DNA of 53,478 nt, the filler included, from Jimgerdemannia flammicorona (taxonomy: Eukaryota): the NCBI GenBank assembly GCA_003990765.1. It is 3 parts of 3 records of this genome, joined end to end, with 100 filler letters (N's around TTAATTAATTAA, not from the genome) between each part and the next. Parts side by side here need not be neighbours in the genome. Positions count along the whole stretch, not along the records: positions 17,863 to 35,623 come from RBNJ01002420.1; positions 35,724 to 53,478 come from RBNJ01002421.1; 1 more part is not named here. The stretch is one strand, 5' to 3'. This document shows positions 33,040 to 44,854 of this stretch, in pieces. The notes beneath the pieces were generated by a model. The model was not told where the DNA came from and ran no database searches. It saw nothing but the letters and a program-made list of their open reading frames with translations. A program made the translations under genes and the position numbers. The first letter of the stretch is position 1, and each line of letters starts with the position of its first letter.

Positions 33040-35623
33040 TGCGTTTTCAGCAATGGGAGAAAGGGGCTAGGAACCATAGTTACGTAGAGCTCCATACTCT
33101 TGAACGTCCAGTTATGAGAACATATCTGTTCATTCGCGCTGGTTTCTTCACTTCACGGCATCATCGATCTCAGGAAAGGCGATCTCAGGAAAGGCGATCT
33201 CAGGAAAGGCGTCGAGGAATGAGCATGGTAGTGGCAAGGTTAGAGCCAAGAGATATCAGCGTAAGGTGTAAAACCTTCATCTCGTTCTATTTGCCGGTTG
33301 CACTCCTAACATTCCCTGTCATGGCCTCATAGAAGCCCATGACTATCCTCGCCTCAGACAAGAAAACTGACTCCGACATCGACGATGACCAGATGACGGA
33401 TAGCAGTAATATTGCTACAGAGGTAAAGTAACAATGAATCTCCCCTCAGTCCTAAACCTGGCGGATATTATTTCGCTTGCTATTCTAACATTATCACAAA
33501 TACCGTTCGTTGCATTATGTGATGGCTTTGTAGGCGTCCGGAACCCTGGTCACTAAGGCAAGCACCACGGAAACTGGCCAGCCATCAAAGAGACCAAGAC
33601 CTGCAGCTACTGGAGAGATCCAGGTGCATTACGGCGTTATATTTTATGCTATACTTGCTTCATAGTGTTATGAGTTTGCAACACTAATGATCTTTGCAAA
33701 TGTAATGTTCTGTCCTGGTTTGGTAGACTTCAGGAAATGTCTCATCGTCAGCCGCGGAAACTACCTCTGCCTCTTCTACTCCCGTCATCTCTGATTTTCT
33801 CCAACAAAAAAATCTCCAGGATTGGGGCACCAATGACGTTTTCACCTTCCTGAATGTCAACAAAAATCGCCAGTTCGGAGACGAACATATTAAAGTCATT
33901 CAAGGACAAGAAGTCGCCGGCATAGGTTTACTCGAGCTGACCAAGACCGACCTTATTGACAAGCCATACCATCTGAAAGGAGGGCCAGCAGCAGGGATCG
34001 ACAGACTAGTTAAGGATCTAAAAGTTGCCATGGGGCTCGTCAGCGGCTCTGGTAAGTGTCGCGTACATACATCTACTTTTTGCTTGGTCGGCGGACGGCA
34101 TGCTGCTTAAGTTTTTTAATTTATACAATTGGTGGTTAAAAAAGAACATAACTCGGTTTCAAGCCACTCTCTCAATCGTTCATTTCATATCGTGTCTTGC
34201 TGCCACCTTGTTCTTCATCACCTTCTGCAGCTCTCCACGGTAACATATTTTTGCCTTTTCATTTCGTTATCTCCACTTTACCTTTCGAAAATCCAAACTA
34301 CATTTTCTCCTTACTGCCATTTCATTTTAACTATTGCTGGTTCATTTCTAATCTGTGCCCATCCATCCATTACTCTTGACTATTTCAGGTACAATATTTC
34401 CTTTTGCTTTATTTTGTTTTTTCCTAGAAAACCGCTACGATAGGCAAATTCCTTTTACTAATACGTGATCAAACTTACTCCTTCATCTACTCGCACACTA
34501 TCACAGTGCGACTCAATGCCACTCCAGGTACATTTTCTTTGGTTATTTTTGGATTTTCTGCAAGTACTCGAGGGTGTTGTCTGTGCGCTTGGAATGCTCT
34601 TTTCTCCGAGATCTTTGTCGATTCATTCGTGTTATTGCGGAACGACCTGAAAAACTCATTCCTGCATTCATACCTCTATCCGTCCACATATTCATCCTTC
34701 CCGACATTCTCTTTCTACGCAAATCCCATGCCCCGACTATTTCAGGTATGATGTCTCTTTTGCTTTTTTACTCTCTTTCCCATAAAATATACCAATAAAA
34801 TGTCGAGTATATATATAGTAGATACGCTTGGAATAGTACAATTATAAGGATGTCTTGGTGTTTGATTTCCTTTTCATTTTACTTGCCAATTTCACTTCTT
34901 AACACGTTCTATCCAACCATTCCTGATTTGAACCTCGCTATCGCCAACAGCCTCCGTCGAAAATACACATTTTATTATTTATGCCCTGCTTTCCACTTTC
35001 ATTCATTGATTACCTAGTCTTACTCACACAAAGCTGTGCGAGACTGATTTTCCACTGCCGAATGTTGCAAACCCTGACTGCCGGCGCTACCATATTATTT
35101 ATTAATTGGTTACCATTGTTCCTAAAAAAAAAAATTTTCCATCAATTCTTCAACGAAACCATCGTCCTGTTTTTCCTCACCGAAGTGCCTTTCGTTACCC
35201 CAGGTACGATCTCTTTCTTACGATTATTGAGAACACTGGAATATTGACGTCGTTTCCAAAAAAAGAAAAAAAAAAAAGTATTAAATCGTTCGAAACTCTG
35301 CGCTACGCTGTTTCTAGCGTTTTGCCGTGTTCCGGGAAAATATTAATGAGGAGGAATGATGTGGAAGGGTATAGACTTTCCTGCACTAATTTCCTTTCTT
35401 GTGCGATTATATTCAGACAGGAGACCCTATCCCGATGAGACAGACGAGGGCCGGGACCAATTGATGGTGATACCAACCGAGCGGTTAGAATATATCGAGA
35501 AATTCATAAGGAAACGACCCGTTACCCTTCTACGGAGCCCCCCGCTCTCGGGTAAGAGTACACTGGGCGTGACACTCCGGGACCGTTTCTTGGCTGGAAA
35601 TTATGATGCTGTATATATATCTT
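33040..35623 (+). CDS. Multi-exon gene: low-complexity N-terminus, SAM-like domain and P-loop NTPase (Crinkler/CR-effector-like architecture); 3' part lost in the gap, start uncertain
   Basis: In-frame GT-AG exons 33333-33422, 33534-33623, 33727-34051 and 35417 to the gap. Upstream exons 33040-33260 and 32926-32989 are plausible but less sure. SAM-like segment LQDWGTNDVFTFL...IQGQEVAGIGLLELTKTDL...LKGGPAAGI. Walker A VTLLRSPPLSGKST. Confidence 0.75.
33164..33211 (+). repeat. 15-bp tandem repeat CGATCTCAGGAAAGG x3
   Basis: Three perfect copies; the length preserves the frame (RSQER). Confidence 0.9.
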
Positions 35624-35723
35624 NNNNNNNNNNNNNNNNNNNNNNNNNNNNNNNNNNNNNNNNNNNNTTAATTAATTAANNNNNNNNNNNNNNNNNNNNN
35701 NNNNNNNNNNNNNNNNNNNNNNN
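35624..35723. other. Artificial contig linker (N44-TTAATTAATTAA-N44)
   Basis: Identical in structure to 17763-17862. Confidence 0.97.
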
Positions 35724-38700
35724 CCCCCCCTCACCCTCTCTCAATGAAAGACCACTCTATCATTCACTATCACCACCTGTCCACCACTCTGTTCACAGAT
35801 CCCTTCTACTAGATGGCAATATTGTCCACTCTAGGGATCCCAACCAATCCACCACCCAGTCAGCAAATCTCCCATCAACCCCTCCCATTTTAACAACTTC
35901 TTCTGTATACCTATCTGTTGCCCCTCCTCAAAAACAAAGAGCCAATATCCAGCCAGCCCTACCCATATAGCTATATAAAACCCACCCTATAGTGAGCTAT
36001 CTATTGCCCACACTATCCACTAACCTAGATTTCAAATCCTCCCAGCGACCTCTCTCTCTATCCAGCCTCCTCTCTACACCCAGTCAGTCCCCTACCAATA
36101 TCCAAAAGTCTCCTAGAACCTCACACTCTCTCAGCCAATGTTCTGGTGTCTGCACAAATCCCCCAACTTGCCCTACATTATAACACTTCTCACAATCTAC
36201 TCATCTACCATCCACCAGATGTCTAGCATGGAAATTCAACATAATATTCCTCCATAGCATCTGCCATCATACCACCCAGAACTTGGGAGGAAGCTACCTC
36301 CACACCTCAGCACTCTATGACCAAACTCCTGCCCAGTCCCACTCTTTACCAATCCTCACTGCCTGCCAACTACTTGGTCATAGATCCTGACCAAGTCTCT
36401 GCTAACACTCCCTCCTTTACCAATATCAAACTCAGCAAGTGGAACACTCCCCAGAAGCCATCTGTTCCATTGCCATATAGCTGGACCCCACAGTATCTCC
36501 TCCTTATTGCTTCACCAGTATAGGCCTATTCAGTATACTCCATCCACCACCCTCCACCAGAAGCCCTTATACCATAGCCATCAGCTTTCATCCAGACCTA
36601 CCAGAGATAGCAAATCTCCCAAGGACCCTTGTGAGAAGAATCTCATCTTCCACACCTTCTGCATCAGTGGCACCCAACCCCCTCCCTGCAAATCAATAGC
36701 TCTTTTCAACCACCAAGCTTGCAGACAGTATAGCCTCTTAGGAAAATCTACTAGGCCTAGCCCTCCCCAAACCACTGGTGTTACAAGAGTGTCTCAACTG
36801 ATCTGAGACCACCTTACTGCCCAAATCCAATCTCTAGCCAGTTTCATCAGTCTCTTCACCACCTAAGCTAGAAAGTCCAAATAATAAGCAATATACCATA
36901 GCTTGGGGAACCAGTAGATATTCAGAATTGATATCTGACCTGCTAGAGAGATGTGTCGACCTCCCCAATCTCTAAGAGTCTTTCCCCAAATGGCCACCCT
37001 CCTCTCCCACCTCATCCAAGGCAAGACAGAACCATATATAGAAAGAAAGATGCCCAGATACCTCACCATCTCTCCTGTAGGGACAATTGTTCCAATAATG
37101 TCTCCTCCCACTAGCCTGTTCTCCAGCACCATCATCTCACACTTATACCAGTTGAGTTTCACCCCAGAATACACCTCATACTATTCCACCATCTCCTTAA
37201 GTACCTCAACATCTGCTACTGAGCCAAGTCCAACTACCATATCATCTGCAAAGGCCCCCACCTTCCACACCACACCATACACAGAGAGTCCCACCACCTT
37301 CTATCATATCCTATCCATCAAAGGTTCTAATGAAAGGGTATAAAGAATAGGGGACAGTGGATCTCCCTGAGGAACTCCTCTTCCCAAGGAGAATGCCAGA
37401 CCCCAGTGACCATTACACATCAGTACTGCTCTACTGCCCTCCAACAGATTTAACATAGAAGCTCAAAATCATGGGGAAATACCAATTCTATCCAGTACCT
37501 TGCCCAGCCACACCTGCCAAATATGGTCATAGGCCTTCTTCTGGTCCAAAGAGACCAGTCTTCCATCCAATCCTCAAGCCTGTGCTCCAATAATACCATG
37601 AACCCAGGCTGTTCCATCTCTGATAAGCCTGCCTCCAATAAAGCCCAGCTGCTCCTCACCCAGCACCTGTTGGGCAACCTTCTGTAGCCTTGTAACAATT
37701 ATCTTAGTCACTATCTTCCTATCCATATCCAGAAGTATGATCAGTCTCCAGTTCTTCCAGTCCTCTCTCCTCCTCTTGTCTTTATACAACAAGGCCACCA
37801 ACTCCAAGTCCTGCTCTCCAATCCACTTACCATTCAAAAGAACATAGTCACAGAGGGCTGCCATCTCTCCTAAAACCCCAGAAACCTTCACCATCTTCTT
37901 CCAAAAGTCCCAAGGTAACCCATCCTCTCCTGGTACCATTCCAAGCTTAGTTGCTGTAAGGACTCTCTAGATCTCCTCCTCTTGGACTGGTAGGATCAAG
38001 TCAATAAGGCCCTCTACTTGTGGTGGTTCTCAATCCTCCAGCATGTCTCCAATTGCCTCCTCATCCTCACTCCCTTCTTTCTCACTCTACAGACCCCTCC
38101 ATCTCTCCATCAGTACCCCCAAGATCTGTTGCATACTATGCACCATTTCCCTCTGTATCCAGGACCTCATCTCATCGATACCACACCCTTCTGACCTGGA
38201 GGAGCCTTGACAAGTATCTAGTTTGCCTCTCTCTCTCCTCAAGTCTCTGCTACCTCAGCCTGGCTATCATTCCTTTCATACATATTTCCTCCTCCTCTCT
38301 CAGTATCTGTTGCAGCTCCACCACCTCCAATATTGCTCACTCCAACCTCTATTCCCCCACCTCTTCAGAAGATATCAAATCTGCCAATTCCATCTGTAAT
38401 CTAATCAACTGATTTGAAGTATACCTAACTCTTTTCCTTCTCTGCCTCCCAGCATCCCTACCAGCCCCTCTCCAGTAAACCCTTGCAGTCTCTTTCAACT
38501 TCATCCAATAGACACTCACTGATGAACCCTCATATATCTAACTAGCAATCTTCACTTAGATGTCCTCCATCCATGGGTCCCACAATATCTTCTCAGTCAG
38601 CAGAGAGGAGTTAAGATGCCAATATCTGGGTCTATCTCCACTCTTCCCAAACTGTTCCTGCCCCAATAGCCCCTAGTGATCAGACCATGGACACCACTCT

Positions 38701-41496
38701 ACCTCCAAAGTCTTCCAGACATCTATACCCCAGCATTTGGCCATCAGAATCCAGTCAATCCTCATACCCAGCCCATTCACTCAGTATGTGTAGACCTGCT
38801 TTTCTCCCCACCATGTTCTGCCCATATCTCCTAATGAGCTAAGGTTCTCCACCTCCTCCCAAGCATTCAGACCACCACTCCTCTCATCTGCACTCCTCCC
38901 TCTATCTGTTCTACCCAACCAAAGATTCTGCACCATATTAAAGTCACCTCCCAGAACATCTACTCCTTCCTCCAAGAGGATGCCCTCCTCCAAAAGATCC
39001 CTAATCCTCTCAATCCACTCACCCCTAGCTGCAGGGCAGTAGTAAGAGCCCACTCTCACTGGCTCCCACCCAGGTTGATGCCATTCTCCCCAGACCAAAT
39101 GGTCCCCCCAACTTCTGATTTCACCCAAATCTCCTCTACCCCTTCTCATCAGAATTGCCACTTTACTAATCCAAGCTATAGCTCCTCTCCATTCTCTAGT
39201 CCACTCCATCTAATCCTCCTCATCCTCACACTGTACATCCTGCAGTAGAAAAAGATCAGCCTCTAATCTCTTAAGCTAAGTAAAAATATTCTCATACTGC
39301 TCAGATCCCCTTAATCCATTCACATTTAGAGAGAAAATATTAGTTGTACTATTCATAAGGAATAATGTTAAATATCAAGCTCATCCTCTACAGATCTGCA
39401 TTCAACCTCTCCTGCACCAAGTCCAAGTTACGTTTAGCAGTCAGTTCCTCCTCTTCAGCTGTCTTTCCCTCCAGCCCAACCAGAAGCTCAGCCATCTCTC
39501 CATTCTCTTTTTCCTTGAAGTCCTTATAATACTCCAGGCACACTTCCTGCCAGAGTTGCAAACTATGCCACTCTGTCTACAGTAGGCAGCCCACTCATCA
39601 GCCACAACAGCCAGCTCAGTCTTTCTCTCTACATCAACCTCATATCCCTCTTCCTCTAGGAAAATAGCAAGCACCTCTACCTTCAGTACCTCCACCACTC
39701 CATCTCTCCACAGAATCTGTGCCCAATGCTCCTCACTCATCACTCTTAGGTCTACTTCTCCCAACTCCTCAGCTGTGAGATTATCCATCACCCAGCTTAT
39801 CTACAGCAGGTTTCCCACCTCCTTCCCTCCTGGTGTCCCCAGTCTTCCTGCATCCAGTATCATAGTATCTGTCCCTACACTTACAGCCTCATCCCACCCC
39901 TCCTCTGGGACATCCACCAGCTCATCCTTGTCAACTACCACCACCTGTCCTTCTTTTGCCATATCAGGAACTCCAAAGTGTACCCACTGAGTATCCCACA
40001 TCAGCTCATTCTCAGCTGCCCAACCCCTCACTGTCAGACCACACCTGACCAGAGAGAGAGAGTCTTCCAAGACTGGCTCCCAGACCTCAAACATACTATC
40101 AGTAAATGGGTCTTTGTGTGTCCTCTTCCCAGCCCCATCTAGGTTCTCCACTGCATCTCCTCCTCCTCCTTTACTAGCCCAGACACTTATCTCTATGCCC
40201 CCAGACTTCTCAGTGCCCCCAGAATTCATCTTCACCCCTCCTTCCATGCTTGCCAGTAGCTCCCTCTGCTTCTTGCACTCTTGAGCTCTCTCCCACTGTC
40301 TCTTGTCAGTGCGAATATGTTTTCCATCTATAATCTCCAAGTATGTCAACTCTATATACAACTTCCAGGCCTTCACCCTCTACTCTACTACTCTACTCAT
40401 CTCCTTCAGAGCCTCCAACAAGTCCTCCTCCTCTTCTTCACTCCCTTTCATCCTTGACATCTTACAGATGAAAGCTTTCCACATCATCACCAAAGGCCAG
40501 TCACTTGTCTTCCCTATGGCCTCCTTCCCAGCCAGTCTAATCCTGATATCCACATCTCCTGTCCTGAAGTGGTCCCCTCTTACATCTGGAAACCAATATC
40601 AACCACATTGCCATACTCTGTCATCACCTCCTCCACCCTCCTCCTAGTCTCAACCTTTGTCACCATAGGCACCCCCTTTACCAGTAACTGGACCACTCTG
40701 GGGTCCCATCTCAAACACTATACCATAGAGACCACTACCTTACCAACAGTCACTCCAGATTTCAACACTTTCTCTAGTGGGCCCACCTCCTCAAAACCCA
40801 CTTCAACTCCCTCAAGTCCCTTTAGAAACTTCATTGAGACAGCTCCAGCCACTTGCTCTGAGATAATCCCTAGAACCATCTTTGTTATCACAGCTAAGCT
40901 CTGGAAGCACAAGGTCACTATGAACTCCAAGATCAACTTCTTGAGTAACAGTGCCACCACTAGCCCCATCATACTATCAGTCAGGTCCCTCTTCCTCTTT
41001 GGGTCCATCTGCCCAGCCATACCATCAACAGTCATATCTGGATTTTTTTCCAGATTCCCAGTCACACCACCATCAGCAGTCTCACCTCTACTCTCAGTAG
41101 CTACTCCACTAGCCCTTCCTTCTACCTATTGAGGCCCAGCACCTCCAACTTCTTCTTCTTTCTGCTTCCCCTTCCCACCTGTCTGCCCACCATGAGCTCT
41201 CACTGACCAACCTCCAGCCTTCAGTATGTCCACAAAGCTTCTCCCCTTCGGCCCTCCAGCCCCTCCACCAGTGCTGCTCTACTGCCTGAGCTGCCCTGCT
41301 CACTTAGACCACCAAAAGACCCTATCCCAAGCCCATACCCTCATTTGATATATTGCCAGTTGAAGGCCCCAGGTCCATCCAACCTAGTATACATGTCTGC
41401 TTACTTATTGGTTACTATAACCTTAGTATCTTTCTCTAATAAATGGGTCAAAAGTATATTTCGAAGTTTGTATTACATGAGTAGTAGTGGAGAAAG
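35724..41496 (-). mobile_element. Near full-length decayed LINE copy G (ORF1 ~39388-41419, ORF2 35724-39356); 3' end in the gap
   Basis: 5' motif CTTTCTCCACTAC. ORF1, APE and RT remnants (GDFN, PGEDGLPW, LLDMDRK). Very similar to copy H. Confidence 0.92.
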
Positions 41497-41499
41497 GTG

Positions 41500-42968
41500 C
41501 TGTAGATATCCAATATCAGTTCTCACAGATGGTTAGTGGGATCAGACTAGTTTTATCCACCATTCTGACTACTATTTTGACCACAATTCTACTCTCTTGG
41601 GTATGTAGCCACAGATATATCAAACAGACTTCTCTAGTCTATATAGTATAGCTCAGAACTATCTGACCATTTCTGCCACCAGTACTCCAGTCAAGCAGGT
41701 ATTCTCTAGTAGAGTGGATCTTATTTTCTCTAAGAGATATATACTGAATACTAAGGCAATCTGGGCCTATATATATCTAAAGTCTTGGTGGGGTACAGGC
41801 TGCTAAAATTGGATAAGTCCTACAGTATTAAATAAAAAAGAGTTAGAAATAAATTATTTTTTTTTAAAAAAAAAAAAAAAAAGAGAGAGTTCAGCTCAGG
41901 GTGTAAGGTGGTAGGCAGAGAGAGTGTATCAGTATTTGTGGTCCCTTGCTAGCTCAAGTGGGATAGAGATTGGCAGGATTATTGGTAGAGAGAGTATACA
42001 AAATTTGTAGCCCTCTGCTAGCAGCAAGAGGTGATCCCAAGCTATAAGTTGGTGTAGAAGTCTAGATCAGAGAGAGTATGCAGAATTTATAGTCTAATGA
42101 TCTACTGTGAGAAGTAACTTTAAGCAGATCAGACTTCAGTACAGATCAAACTCTGGTATAGATTCAGGCTCCATAAGTATCCTGGCCCTATACTATAGTA
42201 CTATATCAGTAGTATTACAAAGTAGGGCCAAGGAACTAGTAGAGCCTAGCAAAAGCCCAAACTAGTACAATAAAATAAAGAGCAGAGTGGAGGTTGATAG
42301 AATTGACAGAGTGAGTATGTAAAATTTATAGCCCTCTGCTAGTAGTAAGGGACAGCCCTAAGCTATAAGCTGGTGTGGGAGTCTGGATCAGAGGGAGCAT
42401 ACAGAATTTGTAGCCCAATGACCTACTATAAGAAGCAACTTCAAGAAGTCAGACTCTGATACAGATTAGACTCTGGTGTAAATTCAGGCCCTGCAGATAC
42501 TCTAATCCTATACTATAGCACTATATCAGTAGTACTATAAAGCAGAATCAAGGGACCAGTAGAGCCTAGCAAAAAGCTAAAAACTAGTGCTACAAAACAG
42601 CTGCCTAACCCTCACAAAGACTGTCTAATCTTCACAAAGGCTGTCTAGCCTAACCTTCACAAAACTACTCCATCTACCAGTCTCAGATCTTGATGAGCCT
42701 ATTATCTATTATAAGTATGATGACTATAGTATCTGAGCTCTTCTTAAAGGTAATAGTGCTATAGAGGTCATGTGATTAGAATAGAACAGCTGTGTTAACT
42801 ACAAATGGGACCCCAAAACTATAGGTGAGGTTGTACTAGATACTATAACTATTCTCCCAAGTTGGGCCCTTCCTTTCTAGAATGTAAAACATTATCAAAG
42901 TAACATTATTGTCTATATATATAGATAGAGAAATAATGTATCTGATATACTCTAATATGACATAAGTA
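41500..42968 (+). mobile_element. hAT DNA transposon relic: dimerization-domain exon (~41600-41806) and 3' region
   Basis: Translation FSSLYSIAQNYLTISATSTPVKQVFSSRVDLIFSKRYILNTKAIWAYIYLKSWW fits the hAT C-terminal consensus (ARDYLAIPATS..VERVFS). Confidence 0.8.
41985..42590 (+). repeat. ~320-bp tandem duplication with recurrent GAGAGTATRCARAATTTRTAGCC motifs
   Basis: The units starting at ~41988 and ~42309 are collinear. The inverted relative at 44853-45690 has only one unit. Confidence 0.75.
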
Positions 42969-44019
42969 TATAGATAGGTGAACTCTTAGCCTAGGATCTC
43001 ATAGCTATATAGTAGTGGAGAATATCTACTCTTTATCTAGCCCTGGAAGCTCCAGCTTATAAATCTACTAAAATAGACAGCATCTGGTCAAATCCTTTCT
43101 TTTTATATGTAGGGGACAGAAATTCTTAAGCTATATCAAAAAAAAAGTCAAGCTCCTCACCTCATATATCATATACCAAGAATGTATATATAGCTATACT
43201 GAGAGCACCACTAAGCTAGTTTGCTGTTCAGTTTAGCAATCTGCTCAAAGAACTCCAAATTATGGCTGCTATTGCTATATAGACTATGTTATGCTCATAT
43301 ATAGCTTATTTTTCAACAGAACTTCTGAAGTTCTAATAAGAGTACAGAATCTTATACATCTCTGAAAATTTAAAAAAAAAATAGATTAGTTAAGAAAATT
43401 TTGAAAAAAAGGAGATGAATGTAGAGGATTTTGGAAAAAAAACTTTAGGAAATCCACTCTTTACCAATGTTGCAGTATTTCCAATTCCCATCCAAACTCT
43501 CTCTCTCTGCTTTTTATGTCCCCTCTTTTCTGTTATTTGGTATTTGATGTTATTCTCATAAACCTTATTGATATAGCAATAAAGCTTATTATTATAGAGA
43601 TTCCTTATCACTATTATAACAACCTCTCTATATTTATTAATAATAATATAGTTCTTTTTATTATAAAATACTCCAACAGACCAATAGACTCCTTAATTGA
43701 GAATAATTAACTCTGATTTAAATATAGACTCCCAAGTCTTAATAGTAATACTGGTATTTCTCATACTGAATAACTTATTCTCAAACTTCTCTATTTGATC
43801 AGATACCAGATATAGTTGAACTTGGCTAACTCTGAATTCCTCTCTACAGTAGAACTGAGCCTTGATCTGAGTAGTGAGCTGAGTTAATTATGTAGACAGA
43901 TTATATACAAGTATTATGTAGGAGTTTTTGGGAGAGAATATATAAAAATGAAGTTAAATAAAATATAAAGTGAGTATTCAGAAAAGAATATAAGAATGAG
44001 CTACAAACAGATGAGTTAT

Positions 44020-44854
44020 AGGGAGATGAGTTACATGTAGATGAGTTGCTTATAGATGAGTTATATAAGAGGCTTACTTTTGATCCTTTTGAGATCTCTA
44101 TCATATAATGTATTATCTCAATAGCTTAGCCACCAAAGACATATCTTACAATTTTCTCCAGCCTTTCTTCATCTTGACCAGATATTGTAAATAAAGTTAG
44201 CAGATCTCACTATAGAGCTGTAGACTCTAAGAAAAAGAGAAATAGTATGAAATGAACTTGGTTATATTGTGTGAATTGAAATGTATTAGTGAAAAGACAA
44301 TCTATATCTACTATTAGCTACTTTAAAAAAACTACATAGCTATAAGATTAATGAATTCTGAGGTCTGAAGGATTACTATAAGTTGTTGCCAGAATTCTCC
44401 CTTATTCTTATTATCACCATTGCTATCACTATCACTATTATCATTGCTACTACTACTTTAGCTCTTAATGAGCAGCTTGTATGCTGCCTATATAAGAAAG
44501 AATTTAACATTGTCAGCACAGAGTGCTTTTCTATCTCAAATATTCTCTCTTTTGATAATTATTAGGTAAAAAAATAAGTAGACCAATGTATGATTAAGGG
44601 CTACTATTTATTTATTTATGATATAGTAAGAGAAATAAAAAGGAGCATTAGAGAATAAAGAAAAAGAGAACAAAGAAAGAGTGATGCTATCAAAGATAAA
44701 GAAAGAGTGATATTACCAAAGATTTCAAGTAATCTAGATCAATCTGGATTAATCTGAATTAGATCATAGAACTAATCTAAGTTGATTCAAATCTATTATA
44801 TGATAAATTTGAATCAAATCTCATCCAGATAAATTGTATCTATTTAGAGCACTA
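44020..44854. mobile_element. Second, more decayed copy of the unclassified GATC-array repeat (may extend left to ~43400)
   Basis: Collinear with 21560-22600; carries a shorter GATCAATCTG array at ~44733-44765. Confidence 0.7.
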
